A model generated the notes under the pieces. That model saw only the letters and a program-made list of their open reading frames with translations, searched no databases and was not told the DNA's origin. The position numbers and the translations under genes were made by a program. Below are positions 52,109 to 64,000 of a stretch of 64,000 bases of DNA, piece after piece; within the stretch, counting starts at the first letter, position 1, and the number at the start of each line of letters is the position of its first letter. Location of the stretch: the NCBI GenBank assembly GCA_965205655.1, contig CBDBIJ010000015.1:101602-165601 (forward strand), written 5' to 3'. The stretch is from Candidatus Latescibacterota bacterium. GTDB taxonomy: Bacteria > Latescibacterota > UBA2968 > UBA8231.

Positions 52109-53272
52109 ATGAAGTTCACCGTCGATCGAAACGCGCTCTGGAAAGGTATCGACACCGTGCTCGATGCGGTGGCGTCAAAACCGGCCCAACCTGTGTTGTC
52201 AAACCTGCTCATCAGTGCCGATCAAAGCTCGTTGAGTTTGTGTTCGACGGATCTCGATCTGTCTATGCGAACCACGGTGGAGGCCACGGTGACAGACCCC
52301 GGTCGTGTGACAGTGCCGGCCAGAACGCTGGCAGATATCACGCGTGAATGGCCTGAGGCGGAGCTGAAGGTGGGAGTCGAGGATGGCAAGCTTGTCCTAT
52401 CCGGCCGCCTCGGCTCCGGTGATGGCGGCGAGGGGCGCTACTCGCTGGCGGTTACCTCTCCCGACGAGTTCCCGACGATGCCCGAATCGATTGATGGCGT
52501 CGACATCGACTTTGTCGAATCGAGCCAGCTCGATGGCCAGCTGATTCGCAAAATGATCGATCGAACGAGCTTTGCAGTCTCAAGGGATGAGACGAGACCA
52601 GTGCTGAACGGCGTTTTATGGCGCATCGATCCAGAATTCATGGCCATGGTCGCCACAGACGGCAGTCGCCTGGCCGAGGCGCGCCAGCAGCTAAACGGGG
52701 CGGCCGAGGCGGTCTCCGGCGAAGCTACCGAAGTGATCTTGCCGCCTCACGTTTGCGCCCAGCTCGTCAAACTGCTGAGCAGTTCGACGCTGAATCGGGC
52801 GGTCGTGGGGGAGAGCCAGGTTCTGTTCGATCTCGGCGATACGCAACTGCTGTCACGTTTGATTGAGGGTCCATACGTCGACTACGAGCAGGTTGTGCCT
52901 CGGGACAACGAGAAACGCCTCAACATCGATATCGAGCGCCTCCTGCCGGCCGTGCGGCGGGTGTCGATCCTCTCGAGCTCGTACACCCATCAAGTGTGCG
53001 TGAACCTGGAAGGAGACGCACTTGAGCTGACGGCCTCGAGTCAGGAGCTGGGCGGCGACGCCCGGGAAGTCATTCCCGCCGGCTACGGACACGAACGACT
53101 CAAGGTGGCCTACAACTCGCAGTACCTGCTGGAAATCCTACGGAAACTCGGCACCGGGGACGTGCTGTTCGAGCTGCGTGATTCAGTGACCGCCGCCGTC
53201 GTGCGGCCGGCTGAGCAGGCGGACGGGGAGGATTGTTACTATTTGTTGATGCCGATGCGTTCCAGCGGGTGA
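52109..53272 (+). CDS. dnaN: DNA polymerase III beta clamp
   Basis: STDLD, DETRPVLNGV, VATDGSRLA, SRLIEGPY, LLMPMR. Confidence 0.98.
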   Translation: MKFTVDRNALWKGIDTVLDAVASKPAQPVLSNLLISADQSSLSLCSTDLDLSMRTTVEATVTDPGRVTVPARTLADITREWPEAELKVGVEDGKLVLSGRLGSGDGGEGRYSLAVTSPDEFPTMPESIDGVDIDFVESSQLDGQLIRKMIDRTSFAVSRDETRPVLNGVLWRIDPEFMAMVATDGSRLAEARQQLNGAAEAVSGEATEVILPPHVCAQLVKLLSSSTLNRAVVGESQVLFDLGDTQLLSRLIEGPYVDYEQVVPRDNEKRLNIDIERLLPAVRRVSILSSSYTHQVCVNLEGDALELTASSQELGGDAREVIPAGYGHERLKVAYNSQYLLEILRKLGTGDVLFELRDSVTAAVVRPAEQADGEDCYYLLMPMRSSG

Positions 53273-53299
53273 AAGCGGTCGAGGGTAAGTGTCCCGGGG

Positions 53300-54403
53300 G
53301 TGAAGATCAGCCGTCTCACGCTCGATCCGTATCGCAACTTCAGCAGCTTCGAGCTCGCCTTCGGGCCGGACGCCATGCTGATCACCGGCAAGAACGGCCG
53401 TGGGAAAAGCAACATCCTGGAGGCGATCTCGTATCTGTCGATTGGCAAGTCCATCAAAGGTGCGCGGGATCGAGAAGCCGTGCCGCACGAAGGCGCACAT
53501 TTCGACATCCGCGCAGACTGGAACGACGGCTCGCGAGAACGTCAGCTGCGCATCTTCTACAGCGGCGAGGAAGGCAAACGGGTTTTCGTGGACGGTGCCC
53601 CTCTATCGCGGGTATCAGACATCCTGAGTTTGTTCCAGACGGTCCATTTCGCACCGCAGGACGTGTCGCTCGTGTTGCATTTCTCGGCCCAGCGCCGCCG
53701 CTTGCTCGACATCCTCATCTCGCAGTCGGACGTTTCATATGTGCGCGATCTCCAGACTTACCAGCGCACACTCAGTCAGCGCAACGAGTACCTGCGCCGA
53801 CACGCCGGTCGGCAGTTGGCGGCGGCGGACTGCGAGGAACTGGAAGTATGGGACGGCCAGTTGGCTCGCCTTGGTGGGTCGATACGCCGCGAGCGAGCCG
53901 AGACGCTGGCGTGCCTGCATGAGGACTTCGTTCTCTACTACGGTCGGTTCGCCGGCGCCGCGGAGGAGCCGGGAATCGTCTATCGCCAGCGGCCCATCGG
54001 GAGCGGTGATGATCTGCCTGGCGAGGAGGCATGGAGAGAGGAGTTCGCCCGAGAGTTGGCGTCGAACCGGCACCAGGACAGCCGTCTGCGACACACGACA
54101 AGGGGGCCCCACCGAGACGTGTTCGCCTTTACGCTGGACGGAGAGCCCGCGGACGCCTTCGGCTCGCAGGGGCAGCTCAAATCCCTCCTGCTATCCTGGA
54201 AGATGGCGGAACTGCGATTTCTGCAGAAACGCTACGGTTCGCGGCCGGTGCTCCTCCTCGATGATGTGTTCTCCGAGCTCGACGAGGAGCGGTCGGAGTG
54301 CGTGATGGGCATGATCGGCGAGTTCGACCAGGTTGTATTGACGGCCCCCAAACTGCCGCCGCTCGCGCAGCGCCACTTTGAGGAGGTTTCCCTCGATGGA
54401 TGA
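53300..54403 (+). CDS. recF: DNA replication/repair protein RecF
   Basis: GKNGRGKSNILEAI, GPHRD, SQGQ, LLLDDVFSELD. Confidence 0.97.
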   Translation: MKISRLTLDPYRNFSSFELAFGPDAMLITGKNGRGKSNILEAISYLSIGKSIKGARDREAVPHEGAHFDIRADWNDGSRERQLRIFYSGEEGKRVFVDGAPLSRVSDILSLFQTVHFAPQDVSLVLHFSAQRRRLLDILISQSDVSYVRDLQTYQRTLSQRNEYLRRHAGRQLAAADCEELEVWDGQLARLGGSIRRERAETLACLHEDFVLYYGRFAGAAEEPGIVYRQRPIGSGDDLPGEEAWREEFARELASNRHQDSRLRHTTRGPHRDVFAFTLDGEPADAFGSQGQLKSLLLSWKMAELRFLQKRYGSRPVLLLDDVFSELDEERSECVMGMIGEFDQVVLTAPKLPPLAQRHFEEVSLDG

Positions 54404-54824
54404 CAGGTCTGCGCGGCAGCGGGATGCAAGCGACGGCGACGCCACGCCGCTTGGCGCACTGCTGACGAGCATCCTGGGAGAGCTGGGCGTTTCGGGGAAG
54501 CTGGCCGAGTGCGAGGTGTTACTGGCCTGGGAGGAGGTGGCCGGTCCCGAACTAGCGGCGAGAGCGCGGCCGACGAGGGTTCGGAACGCCAGTCTGGAGC
54601 TCGCCGTGCCCTCGGCAGCGTGGCGCACGCAACTGTCGTTTGCCAAGGACGACCTCGTCCGCCGCCTCAATGAGCGCGTCGGCCGCTCTGTCGTCAGCGA
54701 TATCAAGCTTACCAACAGTCCCCTTGAAGAACTTCGCTCGCCGCGGCCTGGGTTGGTGTCCCCCACCGGTGCGGACGCGGCGCAACGGGCGCGCGCTCAA
54801 CACGAGCGAAAGGAGCACATGTAG
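54396..54824 (+). CDS. DUF721/DciA family protein
   Basis: W.EVAG...A....P......L...V.SAAW..QL; sits between recF and gyrB. Confidence 0.88.
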   Translation: MDDRSARQRDASDGDATPLGALLTSILGELGVSGKLAECEVLLAWEEVAGPELAARARPTRVRNASLELAVPSAAWRTQLSFAKDDLVRRLNERVGRSVVSDIKLTNSPLEELRSPRPGLVSPTGADAAQRARAQHERKEHM

Positions 54825-56786
<1,962 letters not shown>

Positions 56787-56822
56787 TCGAGTGTTGGAGA
56801 GGCAAAGAGGCACGGAGAGGAC

Positions 56823-59352
56823 ATGCTAGAGCCGAGGGAATCGAGAGTCATTCCGGTGAAGGTGGAGGACGAACTCAAGACCTCCTTCATCGACTACTCC
56901 ATGAGCGTTATCATGGCCCGCGCCCTGCCGGACGTGCGGGATGGGCTCAAGCCGTCGCAGCGGCGGATTCTCGTGGCCATGAGCGATCTGAACCTGTTGC
57001 CCGGCCGCGGCTTTCGGAAGTGCGCCAAGATCGCCGGAGACACCTCGGGGAACTACCATCCGCACGGGGAGGCTATCGTCTACCCGACCCTCGTGCACAT
57101 GGCCCAGGGATTCCGCATGCGTTATCCGCTGGTGGACGGCCAGGGCAACTTCGGCTCGATCGACGGCTATCCCCCGGCCGCCATGCGCTACACGGAGGCT
57201 CGCATGAGCGCCGCCGCGGTGCAGATGCTGGCTGACATCGATCGCGATACCGTCGAATTCGTCGACAACTACGACGAGACACGGCAAGAACCGGAGGTCC
57301 TGCCCGCCAAATTTCCGAACCTCCTGTGCAACGGCTCGGTGGGAATCGCGGTGGGCATGGCGACGAAGATTCCGCCGCACAATGTGCGCGAGGTGGCGGC
57401 GGCGCTCACTGCCCTCATCGACAACCCCGACAGCACCATCGATGAGCTCGCCGAACTTGTGAAGGCACCCGACTTCCCGACCGGTGGGGTCATCCACGGC
57501 ATGCAGAGCGTGCGCCAGGCCTACCACTTCGGCCGCGGCATGATAAAGCTGCGGGCTCGCACTCACGTGGAGACGAAGCGAGACAGCCGCGAGGACATCG
57601 TCATCACCGAGATTCCCTTCCTCGTCGACAAATCGACCCTGCTCGAAAAGATGGCGGATCTGGTACGCAACAAGACGATTCAGGACATCGCCAATATCCG
57701 CGACGAGTCCGGCCGCGGTGGTCTGCGTATCGTCGTCGAACTCAAGCGGGGCGGCCTCTCGGAAGTCGTCCTCAACCAACTGTTCAACCACTCCATGCTG
57801 CAGACGACATTCGGGGTCATGATGCTGGCCGTCGTCAAGGGCCGGCCGCAGCTGCTCAACATCAAGCAGATGCTGCAGCACTACATCGAGCACCGCCACG
57901 AGGTCGTGCTGCGCCGTGCCCGCTTCGATTTGAACAAGGCCGAGGCCCGTGCCCACATCCTCGAGGGCCTGAGAATCGCCCTCGACAACATCGACGCGAT
58001 GATCGAGCTCATCCGCGCTTCGGCCGACCCGGGGGAAGCGCGCGACCGGCTCATGGCCGGCTACGAGCTGACCGAGATTCAGGCCCGGGCGATTCTGACA
58101 ATGCCGCTGCAGCGCCTCACCGGTCTCGAGCGCGACAAGATCGACGAGGAATACGCCGAGCTTCAGGACACGATTCGGCGACTCAAGAGCATCCTCGCCA
58201 ATCGCGATGAGCAGATGCAGATCATCAAGGACGAGATAGCCGAAATCGACGAGGAGTTCGGCGACGAACGCCGCACGGAGATCGTCTATGCTGCCGAGGA
58301 GTTCGTCATCGAAGACCTCATCGCCAAAGAGGACATGGTGGTGACCATCTCCCGGGCCGGCTACATCAAACGGATGTCACCGACTGCCTACAGGGTCCAG
58401 GCGCGCGGCGGCCGCGGCGTTCGCGGCATGGGGACCAAGGAGGAGGATTATGTCGAGCATCTCTTCATCGCCTCGACCCTTTCCTACATTCTGTTCATCA
58501 CCTCGAAGGGCCAGTGTCATTGGCTCAAGGTCTACCGCATCCCGGAGGGCGAGCGCGCCGCGCGCGGCCGGCCGGTGGTCAACCTGCTCGAAATGGGCGC
58601 GGACGACGTCGTCTCCGCCGTCGTGCCGGTCGGCGAGTTCACCAACGACCGCTACCTGTTTACCGCCACGCGCAAGGGGATCGTCAAGAAAACGGTGCTG
58701 TCGGCCTATGGCAACGTGCGCCGCGACGGCATCATCGCTTTGAAGATTCAGGATGACGACGACGTCATCGGCGCCGCCATAACCGACGGCCAGCAGGATA
58801 TCCTCGTCGTGACGCGCGACGGCATGGCGGTCAAGTTCAAGGAGGCGGATGTGCGGCCAATGGGGCGCGTTGCCACCGGCGTTAAGGGGATCGAGCTGCG
58901 CGGCGACGACAACGTCGTCGACATGGTTGTGGCCGGAGGCGGTGGATCGCTGCTAACGATTTCCGAGCACGGCTTCGGCAAGCGCACGGATTTGTCCGAA
59001 TACCCCCGCATCCGCCGCGGCGGCAAGGGTGTCATCGACATCAAGACAACGCGCCGCAACGGCGGCGTCGTGGCCGCCAGAGAAGTGGCGGACGGCGACG
59101 AGGTCATGGTCATCACCCAAAACGGGATCATGATCCGCATGCCGGTGGGAGGCATCTCGCAGATCGGCCGCAACACGCAGGGCGTGAAGGTCATCAACCT
59201 GGATCAATCCGACCGCCTCATCGACATGACGCGCGTGGTGAGCGAGGGCGACATGAACGGCGGCGATGGTGACGGGGATTCGGGCAACGGCCGAGAGCCA
59301 GACGGCGGCGGCGAGGCACAAAGCGGATCGGGATCGGGGATCGGGCGAGTAG
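56823..59352 (+). CDS. gyrA: DNA gyrase subunit A (probable true stop TAG 59350-59352; ORF track runs to 59456)
   Basis: RALPDVRDGLKP, AAMRYTE, GyrA-box QARGGRG, beta-pinwheel repeats. Confidence 0.97.
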
Positions 59353-59433
59353 GAGTTGTGCGGTGCCGGTTGGCCGCGTCCGGCACGGCCGTTATATTTT
59401 CGATCAGCCGCGCGTCACCGCGGACGCAAGCGC

Positions 59434-59520
59434 GGAGGGCTAGTCCTAATTGGTAAGGCAGCGGTCTTGAAAACCGCCGGGTTCACACCCTTGAGGGTTC
59501 GAGTCCCTCGCCCTCCGCCA
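59434..59520 (+). tRNA. tRNA-Ser(TGA)
   Basis: GCGGT-CT-TGA-AA-ACCGC, long variable arm, GGTTCGAGTCC, CCA. Confidence 0.95.
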
Positions 59521-59532
59521 GTGAAACAGATC

Positions 59533-59624
<92 letters not shown>

Positions 59625-59628
59625 GATT

Positions 59629-59702
59629 TGCCCCCTCGTTCAATGGTAGGACACATGACTCTGGATCATGTTATCGGGGTTCGAATCCCTGGGGGGCAGC
59701 CA
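59629..59702 (+). tRNA. tRNA-Gln(CTG)
   Basis: CATGA-CT-CTG-GA-TCATG, GGTTCGAATCC, CCA. Confidence 0.95.
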
Positions 59703-59798
59703 GACTGACAATCCACGACAGATCACGTGGATCCTGGAGCCAACTCGACGAAGTATCTACGATGGCTCTGCTTAACAGCAGGAGGTCACAAAAACACA

Positions 59799-60383
59799 AT
59801 GGGTGGATTGAGAAGACAGGGGTTCGGCTTCGTCGCCGCGGCGGTCCTGCTGGCGGCGCCGATAGCGGCCGGAACCTACACGGTCGATCCCGTACACTCG
59901 TCGGTCGGTTTCAGCATTCGCCATCTCGTGAGCCGCAGTACGGGTGAGTTCACCGATTTTTCCGGGACGATTCAGTACGATCCGGCGAAGCCGGAGGCGA
60001 GTTCCTTCGAGGGCGTCATTCAGGTGGCGAGCCTCGACACCGGCAATGATAAAAGAGACGGTCACCTCAAGAGGGCCGACTTCTTCGATGCCGAGAAGCA
60101 TCCACAAATCACCTTTAAAAGCACGGCGGTCAAGGCCGGTTCAAGCGGGCTCATGATGACCGGGCAGTTCACGATGCACGGAAGGACGGAGCAGATCGAG
60201 TTCACAGTAGAGGTCCTCGGTGTCGGGACGAATCCGATGACGAAAAAGCCGGTCGCCGGCTTCGGCGCCGATCTAACAGTGAAACGGTCTGACTACGGGG
60301 TTAACAACTGGGTAGACGCCGCAGGGGTCTTGGGAGATGATGTCAAGGTAACCTTGCTCATCGAGGCCAACGCGGCCGAGTGA
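59799..60383 (+). CDS. YceI family protein
   Basis: DPVHSSVGF..RH, RDGHL...FFDAEKHPQITF, RSDYG. Confidence 0.93.
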   Translation: MGGLRRQGFGFVAAAVLLAAPIAAGTYTVDPVHSSVGFSIRHLVSRSTGEFTDFSGTIQYDPAKPEASSFEGVIQVASLDTGNDKRDGHLKRADFFDAEKHPQITFKSTAVKAGSSGLMMTGQFTMHGRTEQIEFTVEVLGVGTNPMTKKPVAGFGADLTVKRSDYGVNNWVDAAGVLGDDVKVTLLIEANAAE

Positions 60384-60433
60384 GGCGAAAGAAAAAACCG
60401 ACGGCACTGCCGCCGGTGGTCACGGGATCTCTC

Positions 60434-60464
60434 AGGGGGGCTGTCCGCGGGCAGCCCCCCTTTT
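60434..60464 (+). terminator. Rho-independent terminator
   Basis: GGGGGGCTGTCC..GGGCAGCCCCCC followed by TTTT. Confidence 0.8.
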
Positions 60465-60486
60465 CGTACGCCTGCAGCAACAGTCG

Positions 60487-61440
60487 ATGAAAGCCTCCAG
60501 CAGGGAGCAGCTCACCGCCTGGGCATTCTTGAGCCCCACCGTTGTCGTGCTCGGCCTGTTCGGGGCATTTCCCATTGCCTATGCCATCTTCGTGAGCCTG
60601 CACGAATGGCGGCTCAAGAGGGGTGGTTTCATCGGCGCCGCGAACTACGCCGAGGCGCTCGTCGACGCCACGCTCTACAACGGCTTCAAGGTCACCGCCT
60701 TCTACGCCATCGGGACGATCCCGGTGGAGGTCTGTCTCTCTCTGGGCCTGGCCTATCTTCTGTTCAAGGCTCTTGCCGCGAAGGGTTTCTTCCGACTTCT
60801 CTACTTTCTACCGTACGTAACGCCCATGATCGCCACAGCCGTCGTCTTCCGGTCCCTGTTCAGCGCCCATCCGGCGTCGCCGGCGAACCGTCTGGCCAAG
60901 ATGCTGGGACTCGAACCGCAGCGATGGCTCTACGAAAGTCGTTCCGTCGTCGGGCTCCTGCTCGACGGGGTGAACGTGACCGCGTACCCCAGTTGGGTTG
61001 ACAGCGCCTTTCCGAGCCTCGCGTTGCTCTCCGTCATGGTATACAACATTTGGGTCTACGTCGGCTACGACACCGTCATCCTGCTGGCAGGCCTGAGCGC
61101 CATTCCAAGACACTACTACGAGGCCGCGGCGATCGACGGCGCCTCGGCGTTGCAGTCATTCCGGCACATTACATTGCCACTGCTGTCGCCGGCGCTCTTC
61201 TTCATCACCCTCATCGGCTTCATCGGCACCTTCAAGGCGTTCAATCACATCTACATCATGCGCACGGCAGGGGCCCGGGACAGTCTCGACGTGGTCAGCA
61301 TCGTCATCTTCGACCGGATCTTCGAGTATCACGATGCCGGCTACGCGGCGACGCTCGCCCTCATTCTTTTCGCCGTCATCCTCGTCTTTACGGTGGCGCA
61401 GAACCGCATCTTCGGGCGTCGGGTGTTCTACGGTGACTGA
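60487..61440 (+). CDS. Carbohydrate ABC transporter permease
   Basis: EAA loop YEAAAIDGA...FRHITLPLL. Confidence 0.93.
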   Translation: MKASSREQLTAWAFLSPTVVVLGLFGAFPIAYAIFVSLHEWRLKRGGFIGAANYAEALVDATLYNGFKVTAFYAIGTIPVEVCLSLGLAYLLFKALAAKGFFRLLYFLPYVTPMIATAVVFRSLFSAHPASPANRLAKMLGLEPQRWLYESRSVVGLLLDGVNVTAYPSWVDSAFPSLALLSVMVYNIWVYVGYDTVILLAGLSAIPRHYYEAAAIDGASALQSFRHITLPLLSPALFFITLIGFIGTFKAFNHIYIMRTAGARDSLDVVSIVIFDRIFEYHDAGYAATLALILFAVILVFTVAQNRIFGRRVFYGD

Positions 61441-62350
61441 ACGACTAGGCGAACGGCCTCAGAGCCCCGAAGCCACCCCGGCGGGAGGGAGAATGAGGCG
61501 GCGTGCCCGGAGTGGGGCTGTCACTCGTCTCGGGCAGATCGCCATATACGCCGGACTTGTCGTCGGCGCGGCGGTGGCGGCGCTACCGTTCGTGTGGATG
61601 GTGCTGGCCTCCTTCATGTCGCGTGGCGAAACGCTGCGGCGGGCGCTAACGCCTGAGACTTTCCAGGGAGCGAATTATTTGCAGGCCTGGAGTGAGAAGG
61701 AGTTCGGGCTATATTTCGCCAACTCGCTCATCATCGCCACCCTGCAGGTGCTGGGCACGCTGCTGTTTTCATCGATGGCAGCGTATGCGCTGGCGCGGAT
61801 GCGATTCAGGGGTCGGGAAGTCGTCTTCATGTTTATTCTGGCAACGCTCATGATCCCCGAGACGGTTACCATGGTGCCGAATTTCCTCACTGTCTCCTGG
61901 TTGCACCACAACAGCCCCATCGCCTGGTTCAACAACTGGCCGGCGCTGACGGTGCCGTTCATGGTGAGTGCTTTTGCCATCTTTCTGTTGCGTCAGTTCA
62001 TGCGCGGACTTCCCAGCGAACTATGGGATGCGGCGCGCATCGACGGGGCCGGTCACGGCCGCTTTCTGTTTCAGATCGTCATACCGCTGTGCCGGGCGCC
62101 CCTGCTCACCGTCGGCATGTTCACCTTTATCGGGTCCTGGAACGCGCTGGGATGGCCGATGCTGGTGACAAACTCTCCAGCCTGGCGACCGATTTCGGTG
62201 GCGCTGCGAAACTTCGTCAGCGAAGCCGGCTCTGAAATCCACTTGCAGATGGCTGCCGCCGTCATCGCCACCCTGCCGGTGCTGGCCCTCTACGGGCTAA
62301 TCCAGAGAGAGTTCACCGCGGGGATCTCCGCTTCCGGATTGAAAGGGTAA
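61433..62350 (+). CDS. Carbohydrate ABC transporter permease (start uncertain)
   Basis: ELWDAARIDGA, FIGSWN...WP. Confidence 0.92.
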   Translation: MTERLGERPQSPEATPAGGRMRRRARSGAVTRLGQIAIYAGLVVGAAVAALPFVWMVLASFMSRGETLRRALTPETFQGANYLQAWSEKEFGLYFANSLIIATLQVLGTLLFSSMAAYALARMRFRGREVVFMFILATLMIPETVTMVPNFLTVSWLHHNSPIAWFNNWPALTVPFMVSAFAIFLLRQFMRGLPSELWDAARIDGAGHGRFLFQIVIPLCRAPLLTVGMFTFIGSWNALGWPMLVTNSPAWRPISVALRNFVSEAGSEIHLQMAAAVIATLPVLALYGLIQREFTAGISASGLKG

Positions 62351-62355
62351 ACCGA

Positions 62356-63680
62356 ATGCGCCTCTCGATCTGGACGCAGGTTGGCGCTGTCCTCCTCGTC
62401 GCGACAACCTGCGCGCCGCCGGAAACGGAGGCACCCGCTGAACGGCAGGTGGATCTCGAGAGCCTCGATCCCACCGGAGCCAGGCTCACCTTTTGGTATC
62501 AGCACGGGCGCATTCGGGGGGCAGCCCTGCTCGAGTTGATCGGCGAGTTCAACCGAACGAACCCCGACAGCATCGAGGTCGCCGGCGAATTCGCCGGCAG
62601 CTATGGCGACATCTACAATAAGATGATGGTGGGGCTTCAAGGCGGCTCTCTGCCAGACCTGCTCGTGGCCTATCAGAATCAGGCCCTGGCCTACTTCGAG
62701 GCGGACGGACTCGTCGATTTGACGCCGTACATCGAGTCGCCGACTTGGGGGCTTACAAAAGAGGAGCGCGCTGACTACGTCGAGGCCTTTCTCGCTCAGG
62801 ACAACCTGCGGGGGCAGCAGATCTGCTTTCCACCCAATCGCTCCGTCGAGATTCTTTACTTCAATCTGGATTGGCTCGCGCAGCTCGGGTATGACGGTCC
62901 CCCGACAACCTGGGAGACTTTTGCCGCAGTGTGTCGTCAAGCGCGGGACATTCCGTTCCTCCGGGGCCGGCCCGGTGATCGGTCGATAGGCCTGCTGTTG
63001 TTTGCCGACGCCTCTCGGCTGGCGAGCATGGTGTTCAGCCGGGGAGGCGATCTCGTAAGCGACGACGGCACTGCCTACACTCTAGCCACGCCGCACATGA
63101 GGCAGGCTCTCGAGCTCATGCAGGAGCTCATCGCCGAGAAGGCGGCAGACCTGGTCGGCGATCCCGACGAGGACCTCGCCGGTTTCGCCGTCGGCGATGC
63201 GTTGTTCGTCATCCGTTCATCCTCAAATCTGCCGTTCGCACGAAGCGCAGTGGAGGAGGGCGGGCTCGGCTTCCGCTGGGGTGTGGGTCCCCTTCCCTAC
63301 GAGGGCGAAGCGCCGATCGCCAACATTTACGGAGCGAGCATCGCTGTCGGGCGCACCACACCCGAGCGGCAGCTGGCGAGCTGGCTGTTTCTCAAATGGT
63401 TTACCGAGCCGAAACAACAGGCTCGCTGGGCTCAGGCGAGCAACTACTTCCCCGTGCGCTACAGCACCGCGGCAGAGCTGAAGCCTACTTTGCGGCGAAT
63501 CCGCGCTACAAAGTGGTTGTACGATCTGCTCAGGTACGGAAAGCTGAGCCCTCCATACCCGGCTACCAGCTGGTCAGGCGCATCATCGAGGAGACCATGG
63601 TCGAGGTTGGGCAGGGTGGCGACATCGGGCGCGCCATGAGCTCGCTCCAACGCCGGGCGAACGCAACCCTGGACAACTGA
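62356..63680 (+). CDS. ABC transporter substrate-binding lipoprotein, 3' end frameshifted
   Basis: Signal peptide with Cys, [25 protein letters not shown]-terminus alternates between two frames at 63480-63545. Confidence 0.85.
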
Positions 63681-63699
63681 AACCGTAAGGAAAACGAGA

Positions 63700-64000
63700 A
63701 TGGACGTGCGAATCGAAACCGACAGCATGGGGGAGGTGGGAGTCCCCTCCGATCGTTACTACGGCGCCCAGACGCAGCGCTCGCTGCAGAATTTTCGCAT
63801 CGGCGCGGATCGGTTTCCCAGGGAGATGATCAAGGCTCTGGGGATCGTGAAAAAAGGCTTCAGCCCTGGTAAACGGAGAGCTGGGTGCCCTCGACAGCGA
63901 CACCGCCGACCTGATAGTACAGGCGGCGGACGAAGTGATCGCCGGAAGGTGGGACGATCACTTTCCCCTCGTCGTGTGGCAGACGGGCAGCGGCACGCAG
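63700..64000 (+). CDS. fumC: Class II fumarate hydratase (5' part; frameshift in an A run near 63850)
   Basis: Own translation [28 protein letters not shown], then after the shift [13 protein letters not shown]. Confidence 0.93.
   Translation, partial: MDVRIETDSMGEVGVPSDRYYGAQTQRSLQNFRIGADRFPREMIKALGIVKKGFSPGKRRAGCPRQRHRRPDSTGGGRSDRRKVGRSLSPRRVADGQRHA

Noticed and set aside
59353..59456. Extended GyrA C-terminus
   Set aside because: Overlaps tRNA-Ser and is explained by one extra G

Overview
A 64 kb, GC-rich stretch of bacterial core chromosome that spans the replication origin. The origin block is rsmG-parS-mnmE-yidC-yidD-rnpA-rpmH <-> dnaA-oriC-dnaN-recF-DUF721-gyrB-gyrA-tRNAs. The window also holds: a translation operon with a Na+-type membrane pyrophosphatase inserted into it; a ~16 kb co-oriented block (giant TPR protein, CRP, sigma54 activator, DegP, M24 peptidase and a variant System I* cytochrome c maturation cluster); tandem DUF151-UVR genes; two glycosyltransferases; a di-heme PufC-like cytochrome; sucCD; two convergent and different complex II operons (sdhCAB and frdABCD plus one extra gene); rplU/rpmA; rng; ctpA; a sugar ABC transporter; and the start of fumC. 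Gene content is compatible with an FCB-related lineage (inference only). I saw no mobile elements or CRISPR arrays. Several single-base frameshifts look like assembly errors. The best leads are: (1) a ~285 nt rod-shaped RNA (25050-25335) with its own promoter and terminator, an exposed anti-Shine-Dalgarno loop and an antisense 32-aa ORF; (2) a GyrA C-gate-like insert inside the S41 protease CtpA (15/39 identical, ungapped, to this window's own GyrA); (3) a gyrase altered at both the coumarin- and quinolone-contact residues; (4) a second DnaA-box/IHF cluster ~6.5 kb from oriC; (5) a truncated RnpA in frame behind rpmH; (6) a System I* ccm locus with extra genes, inside a block bracketed by a GTAAC-N18-GTTAC motif. 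All calls come from reading motifs by eye; no database search was run.
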